A program made the translations under genes and the position numbers. A DNA stretch of 63,981 nt, filler included, from an uncultured bacterium (GTDB taxonomy: Bacteria; DAOPZR01), in assembly GCA_964637655.1 (NCBI GenBank). It is 3 parts of 3 records of this genome, joined end to end, with 100 filler letters (N's around TTAATTAATTAA, not from the genome) between each part and the next. Parts side by side here need not be neighbours in the genome. Positions count along the whole stretch, not along the records: positions 23,256 to 45,313 come from CAZWUZ010000024.1; 2 more parts are not named here. One strand, written 5' to 3'. The notes under the pieces are model-generated. The model searched no databases. It was given only the letters and a program-made list of their open reading frames with translations, and was not told the DNA's origin. Shown here piece after piece: positions 27,554 to 36,840 of the stretch. The stretch's first letter is position 1. Each line of letters opens with the position of its first letter.

Positions 27554-29269
27554 ATGCGACTGACCACGATATCCATCAGCATCATCCTGCTGCTCTCGCT
27601 TGCGGCGGCAGCAGCTGCCGCACCGGTGGCCGGGCGCGTCGTTGCCCTGCAGGGGCAGGTGACCGCGGAAGCCGCGGGGGTGAAGCGGGTCCTTGCCCTG
27701 CGCGGCGACGTGTTCGAAGGCGACGTGATTGCCACCGCGGCGAACGGACGCGCGCAGATCATGTTCCGCGACCGCACGATGTTCACCCTCGGCCCTAATT
27801 CGCGGCTGGGAATCACCGAGTACCTGCGCACTGCCGCCGGGCGCGCGGAGTTCCAGTTGCAGCAGGGGAATATCCGCATGGTCTCGGGACAGATCGTGCG
27901 CAATAATCCGGACAATTTCCGCATGAACACGCCGGTCGCCTGCATCGGAGTGCGCGGCACCATGACCGGCCACGAAATCGGTTCCGGCGGCGAGAAGCAC
28001 TACGTGCTTGATATCGCCGACGGCCATGAAGTCATCATCTTCGGGCAGGACAATCCGAACGATTTCCGCGTGCTCACCGGCGACTTCACCGCCGTCGATG
28101 TCGCGGCGGACGGGAGCGTCAGCGAAGTGCGGTCGATGAGCAGCGACGAACTTGCCACCTTCAACGACGCGACCACGGTCGGCGCCACTGACGGCACGCT
28201 CACCACCGATGCCGCGGCCGCCACCGATGACGGCGGCGAAGACGGGTCAACCACCACCACTGCCGACGGCACCACCACCACCGAGGGGGCAGCCACCGAC
28301 GACGGCAGCGCGGCGGGGACCACCGTGCTGGCTGACGCCACCACGACGACCACCACGACCAGCGACGCCACCACGACCACCAGCGGTTTCACCGCGGATG
28401 CGACGGCCGACCAGACCACCGCCACCACGGAGAGCACCACGGGCGGGACGACCGGCACCACCACCACGCCCGCGTCGCTCTACACGCACAATGTCGGCAG
28501 CGTCGTGCTCATCGGCACGGACGGCAAGCCCGCCACCTCCTACCGCGGTGATGTTGCCCCCATCGGCAGCGCGCAGACCTATGCGCAGGTGGGCGGCAGC
28601 GGCTCCATCGCCACCAGCGTGTCGGGGAACAACCCGACCGTCGGCAGCGTCTCCTACTACCAGTCACCCGACCTCTACACCTGGACGGGCGCGGAAGCCG
28701 CCACCTACACCGCCGCCGGCACCTATGGCGGCGCCACCCCGTACATGGAATGGGGTTCCTGGGACCTGAACAACCCGGCGGCGCGTTTCTACGTCACCGG
28801 CGGCGCGTCACCCGGCGACATGGCGCTCAGCCGCGGCTATGTCGTCACCGGGCAGCTCACTCCGTCCGTCGACCTGGCCTCGCTGCGTGCGAACAACATG
28901 CAGGCAACCTACACGGGGAGCGCCAGCGGCGTCTACTATATCAACACCACGCCGGCGCAGAACATCAGCGGCTCGTTCTCGACGCAGATCGATTTCGGCA
29001 CCGACCAGATCAGCAACATGAACCTGAATTTCGCCACCCCGGGTATCACCATGGGGACGACCGGGTTCGCCGGCATCCTCAATGCCGACGGCACCTTCAG
29101 TGTGACGTCGCCGCTGGTCATCACTTCGCCGGGCGCCGGCACGCACAGCGGATCCGTCACGGGCGCGACCTTCGGCACCAGCGCCGCCGCGGTCGGCGGC
29201 ACCTGGGAAATGTCAACAGTCGGCACCGACGTCGAGGGGGCCACGGGCGAGTTCCACGGCATCCGCTGA
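27554..29269 (+). CDS. FecR-domain exported protein with Thr/Asp-rich linker and C-terminal TbpB-like barrel
   Basis: Signal peptide, GDVIAT, TPVACIGVRGT; C-terminal ATYTGSASG, IDFG, GATFG..A.AVGGTW, GEFHG. Confidence 0.78.
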   Translation: MRLTTISISIILLLSLAAAAAAAPVAGRVVALQGQVTAEAAGVKRVLALRGDVFEGDVIATAANGRAQIMFRDRTMFTLGPNSRLGITEYLRTAAGRAEFQLQQGNIRMVSGQIVRNNPDNFRMNTPVACIGVRGTMTGHEIGSGGEKHYVLDIADGHEVIIFGQDNPNDFRVLTGDFTAVDVAADGSVSEVRSMSSDELATFNDATTVGATDGTLTTDAAAATDDGGEDGSTTTTADGTTTTEGAATDDGSAAGTTVLADATTTTTTTSDATTTTSGFTADATADQTTATTESTTGGTTGTTTTPASLYTHNVGSVVLIGTDGKPATSYRGDVAPIGSAQTYAQVGGSGSIATSVSGNNPTVGSVSYYQSPDLYTWTGAEAATYTAAGTYGGATPYMEWGSWDLNNPAARFYVTGGASPGDMALSRGYVVTGQLTPSVDLASLRANNMQATYTGSASGVYYINTTPAQNISGSFSTQIDFGTDQISNMNLNFATPGITMGTTGFAGILNADGTFSVTSPLVITSPGAGTHSGSVTGATFGTSAAAVGGTWEMSTVGTDVEGATGEFHGIR

Positions 29270-29339
29270 AGCAGTGTTCTGACGCACGCGGGGAAACGTC
29301 AATGACCTACGCACGAATATCTACCCGTCTGCGGGAGCG

Positions 29340-30860
29340 GTGACCGTGGGCGGAAAACGTCGCATATTTGTCAGTTCGGTACAAAAAGAGTTTGCCGCAG
29401 AACGACGGGCGCTGCGTTCTTTCATCGAGGGCGATGCATTGCTCTCCCGCTTTTTCAGCGTTTTCCTTTTCGAGGATTTGCCCGCTTCCGGCCGGCGTGC
29501 TGACAAGGCATATCTGGCCGAGGTGGCGCATGCGGACATTTATCTCGGCCTATTCGGCAACGACTATGGCCGTGTTGACACCGCCGGCCTCTCTGCAACC
29601 GAACATGAGTATAACCATGCGACTGCCCTTGCCAAAGAACGATTGGTCTTCATCCGGGGCTCCGCCGATTCAGCGCGCCAGCCGAAGATGCTGAACCTTG
29701 TCCGTAAGGCTGCCGATCAGGTCATCCGTCGCCGTTTCACCGGCATCCCCGATTTGACCGGCATGGTGTATGCAGCGCTGGTCGACTTTCTGGCCGGTAC
29801 CGGCTCGGTGCGGACCAAACCCTTCGACGCGGCCGCCTGCCCTGACGCCCGAATCAGCGATCTTTCCCGTCGTAAGCTTGCCGATTTTCTCTCCCGGGCG
29901 AAAGCCGAACGAAGTTACCCGCTCAGCCCCCAAACACCCATGCGGAAAGCCCTGACCCATCTTGATCTTCTCGATGACGGTCAGCCGACGCATGCCGCCA
30001 TACTGCTTTTCGGAAAAACGCCGCAGCGCTTCCTCCGTTCCTCGGAAGTCAAGTGTTTGAGTTTTCATGGTCCCGAGATACACAAACCCATCCCGTCGTA
30101 TCAGATTTACCGGGGCACCATATTCGAACTGGTGGAACAGTCAATCGAATTCGTCATGTCCAAAATCAATCGCGCCGTCGGCACGCGTGCGGATGGGCCG
30201 CGAGTGCCCGTTACCTATGAAATTCCTAAAGACGCCGTCGCCGAGGCCATCGTCAACGCCGTCGCGCATCGTGATTATACCTCGAGCGCCTCGGTGCAGG
30301 TCATGCTTTTCTCCGACCGTCTCGAAATCTGGAATCCCGGGCGACTGCCTGCCTCGCTGACGTTCAGCGACTTGCGGAAGCCACACCCTTCCATCCCGCA
30401 CAACCCGCTCATCGCTGAACCGCTCTTCCTCACCCGTTTCATCGAAAAAGCGGGCACCGGCATTTTGGACATGATCACACTGTGCAGAAAGGCAGGTCTG
30501 CCCGCCCCCATATTCCGCCAGGACGGCGGCACGTTTGTCCAGACCATCCACCGGCCGGAAAACACGCGCCGCGCGGCCCAGACAGCGACCCAGTCAGCGA
30601 CCCAGTCAGCGACCCAGTCAGCGACCCAGTCAACCGACCCGGTCAGGCGGCTACTGGCAACCCTGGCATCAGAAACGCTTTCCTCCGGCGCGCTTCGCAG
30701 CATGCTCAAGGTAAAACACAGACCGACATTCAGAAAAAATTATTTGCATCCCGCGCTGAAGCAGAAATTGATAGCATACACTATCCCTTCCAAACCCGGC
30801 AGCCGCCTGCAGAAATACCGGCTGACACCCAAAGGGCGCCGGGTAATAACAGATAACTGA
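29340..30860 (+). CDS. DUF4062 + RecG-C/HATPase_c_4-like + C-terminal wHTH protein
   Basis: IFVSSVQKEFAAER, SATEHEY, EAIVNAVAHRDY, NPG, EKAGTG, IPSKPGSRLQKYRLT. Confidence 0.85.
   Translation: MTVGGKRRIFVSSVQKEFAAERRALRSFIEGDALLSRFFSVFLFEDLPASGRRADKAYLAEVAHADIYLGLFGNDYGRVDTAGLSATEHEYNHATALAKERLVFIRGSADSARQPKMLNLVRKAADQVIRRRFTGIPDLTGMVYAALVDFLAGTGSVRTKPFDAAACPDARISDLSRRKLADFLSRAKAERSYPLSPQTPMRKALTHLDLLDDGQPTHAAILLFGKTPQRFLRSSEVKCLSFHGPEIHKPIPSYQIYRGTIFELVEQSIEFVMSKINRAVGTRADGPRVPVTYEIPKDAVAEAIVNAVAHRDYTSSASVQVMLFSDRLEIWNPGRLPASLTFSDLRKPHPSIPHNPLIAEPLFLTRFIEKAGTGILDMITLCRKAGLPAPIFRQDGGTFVQTIHRPENTRRAAQTATQSATQSATQSATQSTDPVRRLLATLASETLSSGALRSMLKVKHRPTFRKNYLHPALKQKLIAYTIPSKPGSRLQKYRLTPKGRRVITDN
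30585..30632 (+). repeat. Coding tandem repeat, 4 x GCGACCCAGTCA (ATQS)
   Basis: Four exact 12-bp units in the linker before the HTH. Confidence 0.9.
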
Positions 30861-30913
30861 TCCACTCCGCGTCTGAAATTCTGCCTGTCAAAATGCAGGA
30901 GTTGATCCCAAAT

Positions 30914-33502
30914 TTATACTCTCTGGAATAGCCGGAGCGTGGCCAGCGCCCCCAGCAGCGCGACCAGCAGGCCGGCATGCCACGCCGTGCGCCGGAAGAT
31001 GAACTCGACGCGATGCGTGCCGGGCGGCACGTGCACGCCCTGAAACATCACGTTGGCCACGCTGACCGGCACTTCCTCTCCGTCGATGCGGCAACTCCAC
31101 GCGGAATACCACGCCACCTGTCGCAGCACGAGACAGGTATCCGCCGCCGTGACGGTGAACGCATGATATTCGGGACGGTCAATCTCCTGCGTCAGCGTCG
31201 CCGTCCCGCTTCTGCTCCCGCCTGCTCCTGCGACCAGCGGAACGAAACCGCCGTCGCCCTGTGCCATCAGTTGCCGGGCCTGCAGCGCTGCCGGCGCTGA
31301 CTGCCATGCTGCCGGCAGCACTACCTTTGGCAGCGGTGCCCACTGCAGGAATTCGGGCGCGGGATAGTGTCGCACCGTTGCTGCGGTTTCGCCGGTCACT
31401 GCCAGTCCCGCCACGGCCAGCATCACCCCGGGTCGCGCCTGAAACGTAATGTCCAGAGGTTCGTCCGTCCGCACGCCGGTCAGCGGCAGGTCACAGCCGT
31501 AATAGCGCAGGTAGAAATCCGCCTCCGACCGGAAGCGCACCGCCGGCAACGGCACATCAGTAGTCGCGCGCTCACGCAGACGCCCCACGGTGCTGTCTGC
31601 CGCCAGTGCGTACCTGAGCACTGCCCCGCGTCGCCCGACCGCGCTGATGCTGCCGAGTTCCGCTCCCGCTGCGAACGTGCTGTCATACTGCGCCGCACAG
31701 AGCGCCTGCAGACGATACTGGTTGCCCGCCGGGAGCGGCAGCGTCAGCGTGTTGTACGCCGTTGCCGTATCGGCTGCCAGCAGCAGCAGCGGCCGGTCAG
31801 GCACATAGCGCACCGCGCCCCACTGTTCTGTCACCGGCTGGACAATGGTATCGATACGCGCGAGAGCGAGTGCCGCCGGCAGCGGCGCCTCAAGCAGCGC
31901 GCGGAAACGCTCATGCCGCTGCAGCCCGAGATTGGTATAGATCGCGAAATCCTCGACGTTGCGCGGCAGCAGCATGTTCGACGCCTGCGCCAGCGGGGCG
32001 CCGGGGAGATGCCAGACCCGGCGCGCTGCCGGCGGCTCACTCGCATGCGCTGCCGCGTCCGACGGCAGCAGCATGCGCCGCGCGTAGGCGGTCAGGTCGC
32101 AGGCGAGCACGAGCAGCACAACACCCGCGGCAAAGCGCACCTGCCCGCGCCGGCGCGCACCTTCCGCGAACCAGAGCCCCGCCAGTGCCGCCGCCAGCCA
32201 GACCGCCGCCGTGCGCAATTCTCCCGCCATGCGCGGCAGCGTCTGCTGCAACTCTTCTCCCGTCAGCAGCGTGTCGGGCTGCATGAGGCGCGCCAGCGGG
32301 CCGGGGGCCAGCGTCACTGCCAGCAGCGCGGCAAAAAGAATGCCCGCCACCACGCCCGCCGCAGCGAATACCGCCCGCGGCCGCTGCATGATGGTGGTCA
32401 TGCCGGCCGCCGCAAGCACCGCCAGCGCGAACTGACAGAGCAGCGCGTACCTCGCGGGGATAAGCAGCGACGAGAGCACCGGCAACTGATGCACAAGCGG
32501 GCTGATGGGCGTGCGGCCGCCCATCGCCAACAGCAGGAAGGCGAGCGCGAAGAGCCACCAGAAGCGTATGGCGCTGCGGCGACGCGTCACGCCGTCGGTG
32601 ACAGTCACCAGCGCCAGCAGCAGCGTCAGCATGCCGCAGTAGAGTTGCAGTTCCGACAGGTAGCGTCCTGCCAGCCAGCAGCCGCCATTGTCGCCGAACG
32701 CGAACGGTACCGCCAGCGTCAGCAGGTTCCAGAGCGAGATATTGGTGAAGTCCGCCGCGGCAAAAGCAAAGCCGCCGGCGCGCACCGACTGCGCGTAGAG
32801 TTCCGCGAACGGCACGAGTTGTATTCCTGCCAGCGCGAACCCGACCGCGCCGAGCGGCAGCAGCACCGTGAGCGCGTGCCGCAATCGCGCCCCGGGCGCG
32901 GCATACGCGAGCGTCACCGGCACCAGCCCGAGCAGCGCGATGAGCACCACCTGGCTGTGCCCCGCCAGCAGCATCAGGCCGAGCACCAGCGCACCGGCGG
33001 CACGCAGTCGTCTGCGTCCGGCCAGCGCCCCGACTGCGCAGGCATAGAGCAGCGGGAGCCAGGCGCTCACCACCGGCTGATTGGGATGGTCGAGCAGTCC
33101 CGTCAGCCGCCCGCCGAGCGCATAGGCAAGCGCCCCGACCGCCGCTGGGAGCGGCGTGGCGCCGGTGACGGTGAGGAACGCGAACATCGCCATATCCGCC
33201 AGCCACAGGTGCGACACCTGGTACAGATTGTAGGCGTCAACTGCCGACGGCAGGAACAGGAACAACCATTGCAGCGGGTAGCAGGCCGCCATCTGGCTCT
33301 CCGCCGCCAGCGGGTAGCCCCCGCCGAGTGCTTCCGTCCAGAGCGGCAGCGTCAGGTTGGCGCGCTGCCAGAGGAACGCGGGATAAAAGAAGCGCGTGCC
33401 GTCGCCCGAGGTGAGCAGTTGCCCGGGCGTCTGCAGCACCGGCGCGTAGATAAACAGGATGAGCGCCAGCAGCAGTACCGGCAGCAGGAAGTGCAGTTTC
33501 AC
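30914..33502 (-). CDS. YfhO-family (GT-C fold) membrane glycosyltransferase
   Basis: D...FYP, LPLW....GGYPL.AE.Q...YP, LAGHSQ, many TMs, C-terminal W.C.IDG....ANVMFQGVHVPPGTHRVEF. Confidence 0.8.
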   Translation of the reverse strand: MKLHFLLPVLLLALILFIYAPVLQTPGQLLTSGDGTRFFYPAFLWQRANLTLPLWTEALGGGYPLAAESQMAACYPLQWLFLFLPSAVDAYNLYQVSHLWLADMAMFAFLTVTGATPLPAAVGALAYALGGRLTGLLDHPNQPVVSAWLPLLYACAVGALAGRRRLRAAGALVLGLMLLAGHSQVVLIALLGLVPVTLAYAAPGARLRHALTVLLPLGAVGFALAGIQLVPFAELYAQSVRAGGFAFAAADFTNISLWNLLTLAVPFAFGDNGGCWLAGRYLSELQLYCGMLTLLLALVTVTDGVTRRRSAIRFWWLFALAFLLLAMGGRTPISPLVHQLPVLSSLLIPARYALLCQFALAVLAAAGMTTIMQRPRAVFAAAGVVAGILFAALLAVTLAPGPLARLMQPDTLLTGEELQQTLPRMAGELRTAAVWLAAALAGLWFAEGARRRGQVRFAAGVVLLVLACDLTAYARRMLLPSDAAAHASEPPAARRVWHLPGAPLAQASNMLLPRNVEDFAIYTNLGLQRHERFRALLEAPLPAALALARIDTIVQPVTEQWGAVRYVPDRPLLLLAADTATAYNTLTLPLPAGNQYRLQALCAAQYDSTFAAGAELGSISAVGRRGAVLRYALAADSTVGRLRERATTDVPLPAVRFRSEADFYLRYYGCDLPLTGVRTDEPLDITFQARPGVMLAVAGLAVTGETAATVRHYPAPEFLQWAPLPKVVLPAAWQSAPAALQARQLMAQGDGGFVPLVAGAGGSRSGTATLTQEIDRPEYHAFTVTAADTCLVLRQVAWYSAWSCRIDGEEVPVSVANVMFQGVHVPPGTHRVEFIFRRTAWHAGLLVALLGALATLRLFQRV

Positions 33503-34074
33503 CAGCGGGCACCGTCGCGCGTCAGATCAAAAGCCCAGAGCGCCCAGTCCGCGCGCTGCGGGGTGCAATGCGCTGCCCGCGCCAGCGCGCGCATGATGGC
33601 GGTGTAGCGCACGAACTGCGGGATGGTCGAACTCCGCTTGAGTGAGCGCACCGGCGGCACCAGTCCGTACTCGCTGAGCATGCGCCACGCGCGGTAATCG
33701 ATGATGGCGAACTGTTCGGGATAACAGAGCGTGGCGATAGCCGACGCGACGGTCACGCTGATGCCGCTGAGGCGGCAGAGCGGGGTGATGACTGCCTTAG
33801 GGTCGGGCACGCCGCGAAACGCCGCGCGCGTCAGTGCCCGGATGCGTGCCGGGCTGTTCGCGGTGAGGATGCGCTTGTGCACCCCGCCCCAGTGCGGCCC
33901 GAACTTCCAGTGCAGAATGCGTTCGAGTTCAGCGCGCGTGAGGTGGAATGGCTGGCGTGTCCGCCGCAGCCGCCGCAGGTCGCGAATCAGTTCTTCCGTC
34001 GCCGCCGCGTCGAGCGCCTGCTTCTTCTCCCACGTCCGCACCAGCCGCACCAACGCCGCGGGGGGATTATGCAT
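33499..34074 (-). CDS. HhH/OGG-fold DNA-glycosylase-like hypothetical protein
   Basis: L..ILHWK, LSGISVTVASAI...YP..FAIIDYRA, D.ALW. Confidence 0.55.
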   Translation of the reverse strand: MHNPPAALVRLVRTWEKKQALDAAATEELIRDLRRLRRTRQPFHLTRAELERILHWKFGPHWGGVHKRILTANSPARIRALTRAAFRGVPDPKAVITPLCRLSGISVTVASAIATLCYPEQFAIIDYRAWRMLSEYGLVPPVRSLKRSSTIPQFVRYTAIMRALARAAHCTPQRADWALWAFDLTRDGARW

Positions 34075-34189
34075 TGCTCACGTCGATCTGTGTGTGGGTT
34101 CCCCTGGCTGAACCAGCAGCCATCGCCGGCCGCGCCGTCAACAGCATCATGCAATCGCGTGCCTTCATTTCTCCTGCCCTCGCCTTATG

Positions 34190-34383
34190 TCATTCTTATC
34201 ACCAAACAGTTTAGTGATAAGAATTGATGATCATGCCCCGCAACCAATACGCCTTGACTATCGCGTCCGTGAACGCCGGAGGCAAGTGCCATTACTCGCT
34301 ATCTGACAGCATATTACGCCTTTTGCCGTCTCATTTCCCGGCGATTTGTTTCGCCCTGACTCACTGATTCATTCTTATCACCA
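34190..34383. promoter_or_regulatory. Operator-like repeats ATTCTTATCAC (one inverted pair plus one direct copy)
   Basis: ATTCTTATCAC-N11-GTGATAAGAAT at 34192-34224; TCATTCTTATCACCA at 34190 and 34369. Confidence 0.5.
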
Positions 34384-34392
34384 CGACCAAAT

Positions 34393-35442
34393 TCAATCCC
34401 CAATTCGCTCCCAGCGGGCAGTCACGCCCCGCCCGAGGCAGCGAATCTTTCTCTTCTTTTTCAGTTCAAACAGTGCCCGTTGCAAAGTCGGGTAGCTCAC
34501 TCCCGGGCAAGCACGCTGTAATTCGGCAATAGTGAACGTCCCGTGCAATCGGCCGATGGCGCTGACCACCATGGCCCGCTTGGCCCCCCGCGCGCTAGTC
34601 ACCGTCCCCACCCGTTCCTCGAATTCCTTGCATGCCGCGGTCAGCATCCCGCAGAAATAGTGCCACCATGGGCGCAGATCATGCTCCTGTTTGAACCAGC
34701 CGAGCGAACTGCGCTGCAGCGCGTCGTAATACGATACCTTGCTCTCCTCAACAATACGTTCCAGCCCGATATAACGACCAACTTCGTAGCCATGCTGATA
34801 GAGCAACAACAGTGTCAGCAGGCGCCCGATGCGGCCATTGCCGTCCATGAACGGATGCACACATTCAAAATCAAAGACCGTCGCGGCGATCACCAGCAGC
34901 GGATCGGCTTTCTTTTCCGCCAGTGCCCGTTCATAGCCGCTTATCAATTGCCGCATGTATTCCGGTGTCGCCGCCGCCGACACCGGACGGAAACGGATTC
35001 GTTGCCGCCCGTCAGCATTGACTTCGTATATGGCGTTGTCCGCTTTCTTCCACTCACCGGCCGGTTCGGCTGTATACGAGTACATCCGCCGATGCCATTG
35101 TCGAAGCAGTTCCGGCGTCAGCCTGATTTTCGCATGGTTGGCGTGAATATCCGCCAGCACATCGCGATAGCCGACGACTTCCTGTTCCGGCCGGTCCTGT
35201 GGCTTCGCCTGACGCCGCAACAACGGTTCAAGCCGCTCCGCCGCCACAGTAATACCCTCGATGCGGTTTGACGATTCCGCGCTTTGAATCATCGCCATCT
35301 GCCGCAGTGTTTCCAGCACCTCGGGTGCCTGCTGCACATACAGTTGCTGGCGTCCACGATACTCCCCCACCGCCCGCACCGCCATCAGCAGTTGGTGGGT
35401 GAGCGGCACTTCCAGCAGATAGTCATGCTCAAATGACTTCAC
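34393..35442 (-). CDS. Fic family protein (class II, with inhibitory helix) and C-terminal wHTH
   Basis: SSNRIEG inhibitory motif; HPFMDGNGRIGR; RBS GGAGG before GTG. Confidence 0.92.
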   Translation of the reverse strand: MKSFEHDYLLEVPLTHQLLMAVRAVGEYRGRQQLYVQQAPEVLETLRQMAMIQSAESSNRIEGITVAAERLEPLLRRQAKPQDRPEQEVVGYRDVLADIHANHAKIRLTPELLRQWHRRMYSYTAEPAGEWKKADNAIYEVNADGRQRIRFRPVSAAATPEYMRQLISGYERALAEKKADPLLVIAATVFDFECVHPFMDGNGRIGRLLTLLLLYQHGYEVGRYIGLERIVEESKVSYYDALQRSSLGWFKQEHDLRPWWHYFCGMLTAACKEFEERVGTVTSARGAKRAMVVSAIGRLHGTFTIAELQRACPGVSYPTLQRALFELKKKRKIRCLGRGVTARWERIGD

Positions 35443-35538
35443 GTGTCCCTCCACCTTGCACTTTTTCCACGCACCCGCTGATTCTCCGGCCCCGTGCCCC
35501 AATCGCCACTCTTGCATTCATGGCCGTTATAACCGGAA

Positions 35539-36840
35539 TCATTGGTTTCCCTGCCATGGCACTTCGTGACGCGCAACGCCTTTGCGGATCACCCAGCCGG
35601 CATCTGTCTTGCGCAGATAAAGCGCCAGGCCCCAGCCGGGCGACAGCGTCGGCATGCGGCTGTCGCGGCTGCCGCCCCAGCGCCACGGACGGGTACCCGC
35701 CGCCGCCTGACGGTCTTCCTCCTCTGACGCACGCACCGTCACCCCGCCCAGCTTGCCGAAGGTACGCAGGCCCTCAATACGCAGCGGCCAGTACAATCCG
35801 AGCAGTCGGCATTGCTCCTCGAGCAGGCCGTTTTCCTCTGATTCGCGCAGCATGGCCGTTATCGCCGGCAGTTCCGGTCCGCTCTCAGGCAGTGCTTCCG
35901 GTGTCACCGCAAAGAGTGCGTCGATGGCAGCAAACTCGATGGTGCGGCGGTCGGCAAGATACACGTCGGAGTCGGCTCGTGCGGCGAGCAGGCGCACGGC
36001 ATCCAGCCCGGTGACAGCCACCGGCACGCGCCACGGTTCATCCGCGTTGAGCGCGTCGAGTGACGCTTCCAGTTGCGGGACGAGGCGGCGACAATGCTCC
36101 AGTGTGCGTTGAAGTTCCCCACGCAACTCATCACGCTCGCGGCGCGGCACGTCTGCCTCATCAACCGGCAGCGGCAACCCGCAATCCTGCAGCCGTAGCA
36201 ACGCCTGCTGCCACTCGCGCAGATGCTGCTTTTCGGCGTTGGCAACGGATGTCAGGTCACGCCACTGCCATTCGTCATCCGTGAAAGCCGCGATCAGCCG
36301 GTCGCAGACGCGACGAACGCTGGCCACGTCCTCAGGCAGGGGCGTTTCGCCGCCGAGATCGATGAACAGGACGAGATTGCCGTTACGCACGGTCCGCGTG
36401 CGATAGAGGATATGGCGTTCGAGTTCGCCCGGGCCATGCAAGTCGGTGCGATATACCCCCAGATCAGTCTGCGTGAGCGGATCGAATTCCGCCGCCGCCT
36501 CTTCGGTCGGAAACTGAATGATCTCCACCCGGATGACATCGATGCCGGCTTTCAGTATGCCCGGACGCCGGGCGCCGTCGATCAGGTAGTACAGGCGGCG
36601 CATGCCGGCTGCGTTGAGCCACGGTTTGCTTGCTTCCGGCACCACCCCGCGCCAGTTGAGATACAGGTCGAGCGCCACCAGTTGTGTGGTGTCAGGTGCG
36701 GGCACCCAGGCGGCAGCACTAAGCGCCGTGCCGTCGATACGGATGCCGTGGCCAGTCAGCAGATGGGTAAGTCCGGTATCAGCCGCCGCGGGGAGCGCCA
36801 GCAGCAGCGCGCCCAGCAGCACCAGCGCAGCGCGGATCAT
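35539..36840 (-). CDS. Exported hypothetical protein
   Basis: Signal peptide; TGATG coupling to the upstream Slam-like gene. Confidence 0.7.
   Translation of the reverse strand: MIRAALVLLGALLLALPAAADTGLTHLLTGHGIRIDGTALSAAAWVPAPDTTQLVALDLYLNWRGVVPEASKPWLNAAGMRRLYYLIDGARRPGILKAGIDVIRVEIIQFPTEEAAAEFDPLTQTDLGVYRTDLHGPGELERHILYRTRTVRNGNLVLFIDLGGETPLPEDVASVRRVCDRLIAAFTDDEWQWRDLTSVANAEKQHLREWQQALLRLQDCGLPLPVDEADVPRRERDELRGELQRTLEHCRRLVPQLEASLDALNADEPWRVPVAVTGLDAVRLLAARADSDVYLADRRTIEFAAIDALFAVTPEALPESGPELPAITAMLRESEENGLLEEQCRLLGLYWPLRIEGLRTFGKLGGVTVRASEEEDRQAAAGTRPWRWGGSRDSRMPTLSPGWGLALYLRKTDAGWVIRKGVARHEVPWQGNQ

Noticed and set aside
29302-29343. Mini-ORF MTYARISTRLRER resembling the serine recombinase YARVST motif
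   Set aside because: Only 13 codons with no further recombinase similarity; likely chance or an unprovable remnant.
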